Below, in pieces: positions 17,584-32,649 of a stretch of DNA of 64,000 bases. Position 1 is the stretch's first letter; each line of letters begins with the position of its first letter. Under the pieces are notes generated by a model. That model did no database searches and was not told the DNA's origin. It saw only the letters and a program-made list of their open reading frames with translations. A program made the translations under genes and the position numbers. Origin of the DNA: Eledone cirrhosa (Eukaryota); assembly GCA_964016885.1 (NCBI GenBank), contig OZ024765.1, forward strand, positions 310,001 to 374,000. The letters are read 5' to 3'.

Positions 17584-17585
<2 letters not shown>
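17431..17585 (-). repeat. Copy of a dispersed (TA)n-associated element
   Basis: AACGAAGGAAATGTGGTAAGGAACCAGGTGGACCATAACGCACCAAAGTACTCAATACTT.GGGTAGTAGAGTGGGTAATAGGAACCAGTAAGACCCC is shared with 4853-4890, 33813-33928, 40182-40258, 50130-50195, 63449-63570 and parts of 27975-28134. Confidence 0.85.
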
Positions 17586-17631
<46 letters not shown>

Positions 17632-17716
17632 CACACGCAATATTATTCATATACGTATATATCTCTATATATATATACGGCTGAAAAGTTGGGGTAAAAA
17701 TCAGAAATATTTCACT

Positions 17717-17781
17717 TAGATGACGTAGGCGACCTATTCAGAAAGCATCGCGGGCCGCAGGTAACCGATGACTGCTCTAGA
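17717..17781. mobile_element. Possible hAT (Charlie-like) MITE remnant
   Basis: CGCGGGCCGCAGGTAACCGATGACTG-CTCTAGA resembles a Charlie-type terminal repeat next to a TCTAGA-type target. The opposite end is degenerate (GTAGGCGACCT). Confidence 0.4.
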
Positions 17782-17907
17782 GAATGGTCCAGAGTTTGAT
17801 CCTCGTGCGTGGCATCATGAATATGGTAAGGAAGTTTCTTAGATCTTCTAATGGACTTGATAACTAACTTTCTTGCTTTGGATCACGATTTCTCCATATG
17901 CTATAAG

Positions 17908-17947
<40 letters not shown>

Positions 17948-18134
17948 TATAAACATGTATATATATATAAGATGATATGATTGCTTTCAAACTTGTAAGA
18001 TATTAATTATTTAATCATAATTATATATATATATATACATACATACATTTAATGCCATACACACCGACACCCACAATCTAATCTCTATGTATACAAATTT
18101 TATTCTTCAAACATAAACACACACATTTATATAT

Positions 18135-18179
<45 letters not shown>

Positions 18180-18197
18180 TTTCCTTTTCTCTCTCTC

Positions 18198-18238
<41 letters not shown>

Positions 18239-18655
18239 TATATATATATAATATATATATAATATCTATACATATATATATGCATATATATATATCAATA
18301 TATATATATGGATTAAAATATATGTATGTATTTAGGTAATTAAATTCAAAATATCTATTTAAATACTCGAAGATTCTTAGAAGGAAAACATCCAAGGTGT
18401 GTTTAAAAATCTCTCAATAGACCAAAGACTAAACAAAACAAATAAATATAAAGAAAAATGATAATAATAAATATATGGAATAAAATTTAATTGCTTACTT
18501 GTAAATTATATTGTTTGTCACGCAAAATGGTAATTTCTAATTGTCGCAGTAAATGCGAATTTGAATTAACAGTGTCAATATAATCCTTTATTTGTATACA
18601 TGGAAATAAATATATAGTATTATATATATATCTATCTGTTTCCATCACACACACA

Positions 18656-18733
<78 letters not shown>

Positions 18734-18746
18734 CTCTCTCTCTGTG

Positions 18747-18782
<36 letters not shown>

Positions 18783-19576
18783 TATGTATGTATACACATA
18801 CATATATATATATATATATATGTATGTGTGTATATATATATATAAATATATTTGTATGTATACACATATATATGAAAAGATATGTATATATATTTTATAT
18901 GTACATATACATAAGAGAAAAAATATATATATATTCATATGTACACACACTCACATATATTTTCATATATACAGCCATAATATATGAAGTTTACATATAT
19001 ACACACACATAAATAAATATATGAATACACATATATATGTAAATATAATATTATATAATATATATATATAATATATATATATACACCTCACCAAATATGG
19101 ACCATTATATTAGTAATTAAACTTGTCTATTTAATCTGTGCTACAATTCATCTTCTTTCAAATTCGAGTTTGTCTTTCAATTTAATTGTTTAGAGCTTTG
19201 CTTTCCTTGTTTCCCTCGCTAGTGTCATGGAATTGTTAATAATATGTTGTTCAAACACACATACATGCGCAGGCAGAGAAACTCACACATACTCATACAG
19301 GCACACAGAAATATAATATGTATATATGCATACAAACATATGTAGACACACACACACACACACGCACACACCCACACACACATATATATATATATATGGT
19401 GTATATATATATATATATATATTTAACCGTTGGTCAATCTATGATAAACATTGATTGCCAAATAAATTAAATATGGAGATATAAATGATACAGAAACGAA
19501 AACCAATCAAACAGTGAGTGTGTTCTGTTATTATTTCTGCCAATACTATTACAACACTATGACCCTCCCCAAGTAT

Positions 19577-19615
<39 letters not shown>

Positions 19616-19638
19616 CGTTATCGAGCCCTCTTCGGATT

Positions 19639-19696
<58 letters not shown>

Positions 19697-20321
19697 CGTG
19701 TGTGCGTGTCAGTATCTATTTATGCATGTATAGATATATAATTGCATTGTTTCTTTCCAAGGACTATGTTGAAAAATAAACCACATTTTGTCATTCCATG
19801 AGAGTATCTTGGTCAGAGTATGAAGGAGTAATTCTAGAACTGTGAAATATTGCATACATTAATTTCAACTCTTCTTATTAATAACTGCATTGTTTCTTCC
19901 AGGGACTATGTTGAAATAAATAAACCACATTTGGTCATTCCATGAGAGTATCTTCATCAGATTATCTACTTTTCAGCCGACCCCTCTATTTAATCTTTCC
20001 AAGTTAAGCATCACGTCGCTAGTTATTTGGTAATTCTTAAAGTTTTTCTTTGGCGCTTGTACTTTGTATGTTTTTTTGGTGGTGGTGGGCGATATTATTG
20101 GTTTTGCCATTTTTTAAATATTATCTAATTCGTTTATGTTTAGTTCGATATTTTATATCGATCCTTAACAATAAGAATTCCATGAATATGAACACTTTAT
20201 TTTTATGCCTCGGTCAGCACGTCTCGATTATAATAATTGCTGTTGTGTATAAATTTTTTTTTTTATTTTTTTTTTTTATTTTTATATATGTTTCTTTTAT
20301 TTTTCACACACATATGTACGC

Positions 20322-20375
<54 letters not shown>

Positions 20376-20676
20376 ATAGAGAGAGAGCGAGAGAGTGAGG
20401 GGGGAGAAAGAGAGAGTAACATATGTATATATATAATATATAAGAATATATACATATAGAGAGAGATACATCTATATATGTATCTCTCTCTCTCTCACTC
20501 TCTCTCTCACTCTCTCTCTCTCTCTCTAAATATATATATATATATATAAATATATATATATATACAGAGAGAGAGATAGAGAGATAGAGAAAGAGAGAGG
20601 GATTCATATATATATCTTGTACTGCCTTTTCGTTTCCACGTAATTTTTTTTTGTTTTGTTCTCTGTTTGCTTAAAA

Positions 20677-20746
<70 letters not shown>

Positions 20747-21012
20747 TATATATATATATAAAGAGAGATACATATATATATACTTTGCACACAGAGATGT
20801 ATAGATACACACGCACACACACACACATATATATATATATATGTCTATATATATATATAAACATACATACATATGAGTGTGTGTATGAAGGGAGGGAACA
20901 TTTGTTTTCCAATTCGTTTACCTTATTTAGAATACGATATTATATGGCGATACGTGAGTGCGATGAGGCTTTGAGACTAGGGTGTTGATGTGAGTAGTCA
21001 TTGCTATAGTAT

Positions 21013-21024
21013 CAAAATGGCGGC
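21013..21024 (+). promoter_or_regulatory. Perfect YY1/Pho consensus site
   Basis: CAAAATGGCGGC in a unique, CpG-containing island. Function is untested. Confidence 0.45.
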
Positions 21025-21252
21025 GAGGGTTCTTTCAAATCTTCCATTTCTGCGTGAGTTTTCTATCCAATTTCCTGTACTATTTCTCACATTTCCTTCT
21101 CTTCTATTCAAATGCTCCGACCTATTATCTCGATATATTAATATTTTACTATTTACTCCGAGTTACTCAGCTTCGTGTTCGAATACTGATTTTTTTCCGG
21201 CATTTTATTTTTCATGTTAATCTTTTCTTATTTTTTTAATGTATATATGTAT

Positions 21253-21283
<31 letters not shown>

Positions 21284-21340
21284 TTTTATGTGCATGTATA
21301 TATGTATGTATATATATATATATTTATATATATATATATA

Positions 21341-21433
<93 letters not shown>

Positions 21434-21434
21434 A

Positions 21435-21480
<46 letters not shown>

Positions 21481-21522
21481 TATATATATATATATACATA
21501 TATATATATAGTATATATATAG

Positions 21523-21554
<32 letters not shown>

Positions 21555-21601
21555 TATGTATACATATATATATATACATATATATATACAGATATATGTA
21601 C

Positions 21602-21635
<34 letters not shown>

Positions 21636-21758
21636 GTACATACATATGTGTACATATATATATATACAAATATATGTATGTGTGTGTTTATTTTGGGATC
21701 TGATTATTATATCTTCAAAAGAAAGTATTTAGGTCAAATATTTCGCATTCACCATCAT

Positions 21759-21829
<71 letters not shown>

Positions 21830-21914
21830 GCATCAACATCATCAACATCATCAGCACCATCATCACCATCATCATCATAACCACCATGACTAATATCACC
21901 ATCCTGAAATATGA

Positions 21915-22135
21915 GGGGCGTGTATTACTAGAATCGTCAGAACGATTCACAAGAGTACCTTGCGGTATTTAGTCCCAGCCCTTTGTATTTTGAGTTCAAA
22001 TCCCTCCGAAAACCAATAAGGTCAGAATCATTATTTAATAGACCCCACTGGAACATCAAAGTACTCTTATCTTTTCACTGGCGTCAGTCATTATACTGAG
22101 GCCATAATGGGGCACCGCTATAATTTAGTTGATCA
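21915..22135. mobile_element. SINE 5' half (+) followed by a decayed fragment of a second SINE type (-)
   Basis: B-box GAGTTCAAATCC at about 21992. CAGTCATTATACTGAGGCCATAATGGGGCACCGC resembles a reverse-strand octopus SINE end (from recall). Confidence 0.55.
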
Positions 22136-22218
22136 TAGTAGTAAGACACCAGTAGTACAACAGGTGTACATATTACGGCTCTTTCTCTTGGGGAATTGAG
22201 AAGTTCCTAGACACAGGT

Positions 22219-22306
<88 letters not shown>

Positions 22307-22549
22307 ATATATTAAACATTTAAAGAAGTGTGTACATAGAAATATAATTGTGTATGCATACATTGTGTGTATATGCATGTAGATATGTCTGCATTTATGC
22401 ATGTACGCATGTAGTATGTATATATATATATATACATACATACATACATACATACAAACATATATTTATATATACATAAACACACATACATACATACATA
22501 ATACATATATACATACATACACACACACACACGTATATATATATATATG

Positions 22550-22688
<139 letters not shown>

Positions 22689-23086
22689 GAACTTCGGGAG
22701 AAATTATTACGATCCTATTAGATAGACAACGGGGAACGTGTGTTCATAATTGAATTACAATATAGCTTCAGAGCTAATTAATCTTGATAATTAAGTAAGC
22801 GTTGACCTTTTTAAATAAATCAATGCGATTCTTTAAAACTTCACATTCTGTCTATAGTACCATTTTAATTGTTCCCTCCAGTTATCAGAATCCTCACATC
22901 CAACATTCTGTGTCTCCTAACATATATTGTAGAATTATCGCTTTTATGTCTCTTGTCCCTTATGTCTGTTGTTGCAGTTGTTGTTTTAAATATTTCTTCA
23001 TTATTATTTGTGTGTGTGTGCATGTGTTTGTGTGTGTATGTATATATCTATGTATATATATATATATGTATGCATCTATGTATATA

Positions 23087-23143
<57 letters not shown>

Positions 23144-23186
23144 GCATCTATGTATATGTATTTATGCATCTATGCGTATATATATA

Positions 23187-23258
<72 letters not shown>

Positions 23259-23266
23259 CGCATCTA

Positions 23267-23322
<56 letters not shown>

Positions 23323-23449
23323 CACAGACAGATATGTGCTGTTTACGCTTTTCGCTGTCTCATCTATTTTCAAATATCTATTATGCTGCTTTTTGAAATG
23401 GTATATATAGGAATACATATATACATACATATATATATATATACATACT

Positions 23450-23562
<113 letters not shown>

Positions 23563-23679
23563 TCAGTTTAGCTCCGGGGAAGACAAAAAAATCTGACCTA
23601 TCGATCTATCGAGTAGGCACTCCATATATCATGTGGGGAAGTTGGTGTTTTGCAATCACAACCAGCAGCATTACATTAA

Positions 23680-23791
<112 letters not shown>

Positions 23792-23830
23792 TATAACTAT
23801 TAATAAAATAGATCTTCTTTTGATCAATTA

Positions 23831-23885
23831 CACTTTATTATACATATTTCGGATGTACAGCAGTACGTCCTCATCAGACAAAATA
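23831..23885 (-). ncRNA. Minimal type I hammerhead ribozyme motif
   Basis: tattttgt-CTGATGA-GGACGTAC-tgct-GTACATCC-GAAA-tatgta-TA-ataaagtg. Stem II is G-C closed with 7 of 8 pairs; stem I is 8 bp with G-U wobbles. Confidence 0.8.
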
Positions 23886-23994
23886 TAATGATACATGACA
23901 TACCCTGAGATGTTAAATGGTTAAGATTTAATCAAGGTAGTCTACTGTAAAACTAATTCTTTGACATAATCATTGAATATTGTTTAACAATTTA

Positions 23995-24120
<126 letters not shown>

Positions 24121-24301
24121 TGCAGCGTTCTATCTTAAGTCTGTTGTAGTTGCTGTTGTAGTTGTTGTCGTGGTGGTTGTTGTTGCCGTTGGTGTGTTTA
24201 TTGTTGTTGTTGTTGTTGTGGTGATTGTTGGTGTCGCCGTTGTTGTTGTGGTGGTGGTCCTGGTTTTTGTTGTAGTTGTTGTTGTAGTAGTAGTTGTTAT
24301 T

Positions 24302-24340
<39 letters not shown>

Positions 24341-24567
24341 GCGGTGGTTGTTGCTGTAGTTGTTGTAGTGGTCTTGGATGATGTCGTTGTTGTGTTAGTG
24401 GCAGTTATTAGTGTTGTTGTTGTGGTAGTGGTTATAGCTGCTGTGGTGATTGTTGTTGTTGTAGGAGTTGTTTTCACTTATAGAAATAATTAGCGTCGGC
24501 AAGCCGTGGCAAGGATGTGTTTATACCTGTCGGCCATGTTTGAATAATCATAGCTATTAAGTTGAGG

Positions 24568-24775
24568 TTGTGGCCTAGTGGTAAGGGTATTGGACTTACA
24601 CCCTCAATACCAATGGATCGAGTTCTGGATTGTCTTCTGTTCTGTAGACGATGGTGGCCTAGTGGTAAGTGTGTTGGGGTCACGATCATAATGTCGATCG
24701 TTCGATTCCCGGGCTGTGTTGTGTGTTGTGTTCTGTAGTTTCACGTGACCTAGTGGTGAGGGCGTTGGAGATTAA
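24568..24775 (+). repeat. Three tandem tRNA-like SINE heads, period about 85-90 bp
   Basis: GTGGCCTAGTGGTAAG at about 24569 and 24654, GTGACCTAGTGGTGAG at about 24745. The second copy has B-box GTTCGATTCCC. Confidence 0.7.
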
Positions 24776-24789
24776 GATTAAACACAACA

Positions 24790-25195
24790 GCCATGCTTCT
24801 TTACATCCTGAGTTCAAATCCCACCGAGGATAGCTTTGTTTTGCATCCTTACATCGATAAAAATAAATACCAGTAATGCACTGGGGTTCGATTTAATCGA
24901 CTCTCCCTTTCCCCTAAATGTTTGGCCTAGTGCCTATATCAGAAATCATTATTAGCAGAATCGATAGAGCGTCGGACACCTTGCTCAATGGTATAGAGAC
25001 ATTTCATTATTCCATATGTCGATAAAATAAAGTACCAGTAATACACTGATATATATTTGTTGGCCTTGTGCCAAACGTAGAAACAATTATTATTATTACG
25101 GTTAACTTTGCCTTTTCATCCTTACGGGGCCGATAAAATAAAGTACCAGTAATACACTGGGATAATTGCTGGCCTTGTGCCAAAAGTAGAAACGG
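24790..25195 (+). mobile_element. Cluster of SINE fragments
   Basis: Three occurrences of CGATAAAATAAA(G)TACCAGTAAT and of GGCCT.GTGCC. Confidence 0.8.
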
Positions 25196-25805
25196 TTATG
25201 TAATACCAGCGCTATAATGTCTCTGGATAACTAGGTGGTGTAGTAAAACCTTCATGGCTGCCCGTGTAATAATACATCGGAGTTGTAAACAAGCTAATAC
25301 GAATAAGTTCCTTCTATTATGGGGGATCTTTGTCAATATTGATTAGTTTTACTATTAAATCATACTTTAATATAGATTGAATGGACAATTACTAGACAAA
25401 GATATTCATATATCTATATAAATGAAGACGTTGACCTTTTCACATATCCATTTCAATGTCCCCTCTCTCTCCCGACACAAACATCTATCTATCTATTTCA
25501 CTATCTCTCTCTATATCTATCTATCTACCTATCTATCATGCACACTTTACACATTCGCTTACTACCACTCACCCCCCCCTCTCTCTCTCTATATATATAT
25601 ATATACATATATATATAAACTTTCTCCCTATCCCACTCGCACTGTTTTTATACTCTTTTCCTGACTATCTATCTATCTATCTATCTATCCTTTTATCTGC
25701 CTATCTCTGTCTATCTATCTATTAGTGTATCTCGCTCTATTTTCTCCCCCCCCCATCTCTCTCCTATCATACACAGTCTTCACATTCTCTTTCTCTGTCT
25801 TTCGT

Positions 25806-25843
<38 letters not shown>

Positions 25844-26538
25844 TCTAGCTATCACACACATATACACAAACAAATACATATACATCATATACATACACTC
25901 TTACACACATATCCGTGAACTAATAATCATACAGGTAGGCAGAAGCAAACATACACACACACACATACACGCACACACACCTATATATATATATATATGT
26001 ATGAGTGTGTATGTGTATGTGTTTATACATTCATACACACATACATATACATACATAAAAATACATACAAACACATAGATACATACATATACATACACAC
26101 ACGCACACATAGATATACATACATATACCCCGACACACGCGCATACAAACACACTCAAACACACACAAACACACACACACACACACACAGACCTCATTAT
26201 TGTCCTGTCTTTTATGAAAACCATTCATACTTTTGATAATGAAATAATAATAAAAAAAAGAATGGCGACTCTTCAATGAAACAAATGGTGTGAAAAAAAT
26301 GTCTTCTCTCAATCATGCACAAAAAATATAAAATAAAAGTCCTCCATTGTTCCAAAGATGTATTGCTGAATTCAATAACTGTAAACCATTCGATCTGTAT
26401 TGACTGTTAGTAACACATATTGGAGAGTAATGTCTTTTATTGCAAGATACTATAGCAATAACCACAGAAAAATGAGCAAATAACCTGTTAATATATTTTG
26501 TATTATTATTGTCATTATTTAGTTATTATTATTATTAT

Positions 26539-26569
<31 letters not shown>

Positions 26570-26589
26570 ATTATTATTATTATGTTTAG

Positions 26590-26778
26590 AGTGGTGGATT
26601 GACAATAATCGGTAGAGGGTTGGAAGCCATGCTTTGCACCATAGAGTTACGGTTCTTTATGATCTGAGTTCAAATCCTGCCGAGATTAACTTTGCCTTTC
26701 ATCTTTACGGGGCTCGATAAAATACAGTACCAGTAATGTACTGAGGTAATTGCTGGCCTTGTGCAAAAGGTAGAAACA

Positions 26779-26780
<2 letters not shown>
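26590..26780 (+). mobile_element. Full SINE; the Dong copy sits at the far end of its (TTA)n tail
   Basis: Colinear with 5700-5886. Confidence 0.85.
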
Positions 26781-26828
<48 letters not shown>

Positions 26829-27518
26829 AGTTGCATTTATCTTGCTTTATGTTCATACGAGTTATCACCAAGTCACAACCAGTGACCTCAAGAGACAACA
26901 AGGTCCGCCATGTTCAAGGAAGAACATACATACTCACACATGCATCTTTAGTGTTTAGACTTGTGATGTACTTATATTGACAGAATCTTCCTTAGTATAT
27001 GGGCAGTTCCCATTAGTACTATCTTTTGTATTTCTCCTATACGCGGGTTTCCTGGGATTTGCGATAAGTAATCATTAGACCCCTTAGGTATCATTCCCAG
27101 AGCGCCTACAACCACTGGTATTGTTTTAGTTCTCAATTTCCACATTTTTCCAATTTCTATCTCCAGGTCCTTATACTTGCTCAATTTTTCAAATGTTTTT
27201 ATAGATACATTCTTGTCTATTGGAACAGACGTATCAATTAGCAGGCATACCCTCTTTTTAAAGTCCTTCAATATTATATCAGGTCTATTTGCATCTATTT
27301 TTCGGTCTGTTTGGATGCTAAAGTTCCACAAGATTGAGATGTGATCTTTTTCAAGTATGGGAGGTGGTTGATGCTCCCACCAATTCTTTTGATGGGGCAG
27401 GTCAAAATGCTTACACATTATCCAATGTATGTATTGTGCAGCTCTGTCATGCCTGTTTAGGTATTCGGTTGGAGCTATAGGACTGCACATTGAAATTATA
27501 TGGTCAATGGTCTCTGGC
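26829..27518 (-). mobile_element. R4/Dong-type retrotransposon 3' fragment (end of CCHC knuckle, RLE, 3' UTR)
   Basis: ORF 26972-27490 plus upstream codons: ETIDHIISMC...YLNRHD...LWNFSIQTD...NRPDII...LIDTSVP...EKLSKYKDL...IPVVVGALG...LMGTAHILRKIL. No internal stops. (TTA)n on both sides. Confidence 0.93.
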
Positions 27519-27760
27519 TATTATTATTATTATTATTATTATTATAAATAATAAAAGAACGATTTCTTATGTCTTCATTACGTTCATTGAGTAGTGACGC
27601 GCGTTTCGCTATTTATCAGCACAAGGTTCGATCTGTATCGAATCTAGCCCGACTCGTGTGAACCTACAGTAACATCACGTTACTCCGTATATACGGTAAA
27701 GAGCTTGAAACTAATAAACCTTTGTTTGTACTGCCTCTCTGATTTGTCCCCGTTCCATTT

Positions 27761-27877
<117 letters not shown>

Positions 27878-28036
27878 CAGAGGGAGAGAGTGAGAGAAAG
27901 AGAGATAGGCAGAGAGATGCTATGGTGAGAAGGACCCGTCCAACCCATGCATGTGACATCATCATCATTGTTTTTATATCCGTTTCGACAGCTAGACTCG
28001 AACTGTTCGACCTAGCCGTCGGGGAGTTGACTCTTT

Positions 28037-28083
<47 letters not shown>

Positions 28084-28149
28084 AAGAGTACTCAATACTT
28101 AGGGTCTAGCCGTCGGGGTTCTAACTCTTTTCCTATATATATATAAACG

Positions 28150-28222
<73 letters not shown>

Positions 28223-28696
28223 ATATATATGATGCAATAATTATTCAAGTGTCATAAAGAACATCAACGATGGAAGGCAACAAGTCAGTAGACAACAGTA
28301 CCACCACCACTACCAACAACAACCACAACAACAACAAAACAGGAGCTACATAAACATAAACAAGGAATCGATGGAAATCATGTGCAGGTCTCCAGAACCA
28401 ACAATACAACGTTGATTGCTAAATCAAATTTTCACTTGAAAATAACTTGAAATATCGATAAAAAAAAAACCTAAAATAAAACCTATAAAACTCAAGATGA
28501 AAAATGCCAAAGCAGATAAAAGGAATACGGAGACCGAAACTAAAACTATTGATTTATCGATCTTTATCAAAGTATATCTTGGTATTTTTATTATTTTGTA
28601 TCTGGTGTTGTTCTTGTTAATTTGGTTGTTGTGTTTGTTTCGTTTTTACTTTTTATTTTTTATGATCGGCTGGTAAAGATTCATGTTATATATATA

Positions 28697-28739
<43 letters not shown>

Positions 28740-28779
28740 AGATGTACATATATATATACACACACAGATCTATATATAT

Positions 28780-28810
<31 letters not shown>

Positions 28811-28812
28811 CT

Positions 28813-28850
<38 letters not shown>

Positions 28851-28915
28851 CACACACACACATATATATATATATACATATATATACATACATATACATA
28901 CACACACTCACACAC

Positions 28916-28962
<47 letters not shown>

Positions 28963-29274
28963 TAAAGTAAATCCCTTCGGCCAGGTATGGCCATGGGATA
29001 TGAACATAGACAGTTCCTTTGTAAAGTGTTCTTTAGATTGTGAAGTAATCTAAAGTTGAGAATATGTTACTAATATCTACCCAACAGTGATTTTTGTATT
29101 AGAAGCTATTGGCTACTAATTTAATTCAATTTTCCTATTCCACCACCACCTTTTACACACATATAGTAATACACACAAACACACATACACGAACACACAG
29201 ACGTCTATAAATATATATATATATATATATATACAAAATATAAAACAAACAACTCTTAGTTTAATATATTTAAT

Positions 29275-29321
29275 TGCCTGCAATTGTTTCTTTCAGACGA
29301 ATGCCCGGGATCATCGGAGCA
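29275..29321 (-). ncRNA. Decayed hammerhead motif (family C)
   Basis: gtgtatgct-CCGATGA-...-GAAA-caattg-CA-ggcaatta. Flanks match 60257-60322; two core substitutions. Confidence 0.55.
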
Positions 29322-29639
29322 TACACAACGGTAATTGGCTAGTGCTTAGCACTACCCTCCATATTTATTTATTATATATAAACCATATATAAGTATCAAT
29401 ATTATTATTATTACTGTATATATATAGGGCGGGTAAAATTCCCGAGATCCATGGACGAGTTCTCTCTAGCGGTCTCTCTCTCTCTCTCTTCTAGTGTAGT
29501 GTGTCCATTGGTGTGTGTGTGTGTGTGTCTTTTGTGTGTCTTTTGTGTGAGTTTTGCCTGCTGATGAAATTAATGTATTAGCGACTGTGTATACCACAGA
29601 AAGGTCAGCTCTTAACTTCCCTCTCGGGCAGATTCAACG

Positions 29640-29741
29640 TAATTCGATCCTTCTCAAGGCAATCCCCACGAGTTACAGATACTACCAAGAGAGAATCGAA
29701 CTCACAAACCTACGACAGTAAGCATAGCATCATAACCACTG
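29640..29741 (-). mobile_element. Decayed tRNA-derived SINE head
   Basis: Minus strand reads CAGTGGTTATGATGC...GTGAGTTCGATTCTC (A/B-box-like). Confidence 0.5.
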
Positions 29742-30055
29742 TATATTAGCAAATATCGACATGGAATTTGTAAACTATTATACTAGTATGATAACATCTA
29801 TATATTTTTGTGGGCTTTGAACGTTTTTATAGTATTCCATTACGTTCGATGTACTTGCAACAGTTTCCAGGTTGATAACTCTGAATATAATTGGCGGCAT
29901 GTTTTAAGGTTGTTCAACATGTGACGTCAATGATGTTCCTTTTTGAAGAATGCCTGATTCGTCGTTTTTCAGAGCAAAACTTCAGATCATAATATTTTTT
30001 TGACATGAAGCAAACTATTAAAAGGAGAACCTCATAAACTCTATCTCTCTGACTC

Positions 30056-30187
<132 letters not shown>

Positions 30188-30240
30188 TACATTTATATAT
30201 TTATATACACATATAACTATATACATATATATATACATAT

Positions 30241-30282
<42 letters not shown>

Positions 30283-30375
30283 ATGTATGTATATATATAT
30301 ATATATATACACATATATCTATATACACAAATATATATATATGCACATTATATATAAATGTATATAGATTTATGT

Positions 30376-30419
<44 letters not shown>

Positions 30420-30515
30420 CATATATATATATATATACACACACACACATATATATATATACATACCTATTCTACCTTTTTCTCCTCTATCTGTTTCTAC
30501 ACACACACACACACA

Positions 30516-30554
<39 letters not shown>

Positions 30555-30713
30555 TGTATATGTGTGTGTATATGTCTATGTGTTTCTATAATAAAACTGT
30601 ATCAAGCATCTTTGTAGTTTTGCGAAATCATTTTAAAATGTTTCAATTTAAGTAGGAGTTGTCTAGACAGAAATCGCGCTGTTAGTCGTCCATTCCCTTC
30701 CATTTCTTTTGTT

Positions 30714-30754
<41 letters not shown>

Positions 30755-30874
30755 TCTATCCATCAGTCTATCTATCAATCTTCCTCTCTATCTATCTATC
30801 TATTTCTTAGGCTACAAATATATTTATCTATCTATCTACGCACCTATCTATCAAATCTATCTATTTATCTATAA

Positions 30875-31170
30875 AAGGTAGGTGCATGTGGCAAAGATGG
30901 CCCGAGTGGTTGGGCCTTTTTCTCTATATAAGCCTGTAGGTTGACGGAAAAGAGGAAGAGAGGAGGGGAGTACTCACTATTGGTGCTCCTGGAGATGAGG
31001 GTTGTACATTTTTTCAGGGTGTGTACAACCCCTGCGTAACGCCTACCCTCTAATGGAGATATCAATTGATATTTGTTATTTTATTAATAGTTTATTTTCA
31101 TACACCTGTATGTAAACTCCCCATTTGTATTTGTCCCCTTCTTTTGTGCCCTTGTGGCTAATAAAGAAAT
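30875..31170 (+). mobile_element. Probable 3' end of an L1/Tx1-like LINE inside a (TATC)n tract
   Basis: Degenerate C-terminal peptide KR*VHVAKMARVVG. The 3' end TGTAAACTCCCC..TTGTCCC..CCCTTGTGGCTAATAAAGAAA is shared with 44364-44461. Clade assignment is from recall only. Confidence 0.45.
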
Positions 31171-31360
31171 TTACCTATTTATCTACCTATCTATACATCA
31201 GACTATTTCTCTATTTATCAATCTACCTACATATCTCTCCCTCTATCTACATCTCTCTCTCTTTCTCTATCTATCTACCTGTCTATATCTCTACACACCT
31301 GTCTCTATCTATCTACCTATCTATTTAAACATCTATCTATCTATCAATCTATACATCCAT

Positions 31361-31397
<37 letters not shown>

Positions 31398-31484
31398 GTT
31401 CTATTGTACTCGGAAGACAAACATGACTGTCAGAGGAGCCGACACAAAATATAGATTATTGATCCGAATGATTTATATATTTTT

Positions 31485-31594
<110 letters not shown>

Positions 31595-31613
31595 CATATA
31601 TCTATATATAAGA

Positions 31614-31662
<49 letters not shown>

Positions 31663-31788
31663 TATAGGTACGTTCATATATATATATACATATATACATA
31701 CATATATATATATTCACATATATAGATATATGTATATACATATATATGCATGTATACATATACATATATATAGATATAGATATATACA

Positions 31789-31900
<112 letters not shown>

Positions 31901-31904
31901 TATA

Positions 31905-31938
<34 letters not shown>

Positions 31939-32235
31939 GATAGATACATACATATATACAGACAAATAGACATAGAGTGAGTGTGTGGGGCGGCAGAAAA
32001 TAAAAAAAAAATATGTAGAGAAAAAATATAAAATGGAATACATAAAAAAAGATATATTTGTGTATGAATCCGACTGTAAATTGGTGTAGAATGAAGGAAG
32101 TAAGGTTTAATGTCTCTTAATAGCAGACGACCTACCTCGGCAGTTAAATATTTATTCAAGTCAGAGTTTATCTATTGTGTGTATATATATATACATACAT
32201 ATATGTATATACATATATATGTGTGTATGTATATA

Positions 32236-32421
<186 letters not shown>

Positions 32422-32570
32422 TATATGTGTGTGTGCGTGTGAGTGTGTGGGTGTTGTCTACACTCATACATATATATTTATACATATATTGACTACACCT
32501 ACACACACACACAAATATATATATATATATATATATTTCATGTGTGTGTATTTATTATTATATGATTCTG

Positions 32571-32649
<79 letters not shown>

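Noticed and set aside
29561-29610. CTGATGA...GAAAGGTC hammerhead-like string (also weak hits near 5443, 11645-11700, 49860-49905 and 50845-50872)
   Set aside because: Stems I, II and III cannot all be formed, or the core is too degenerate.
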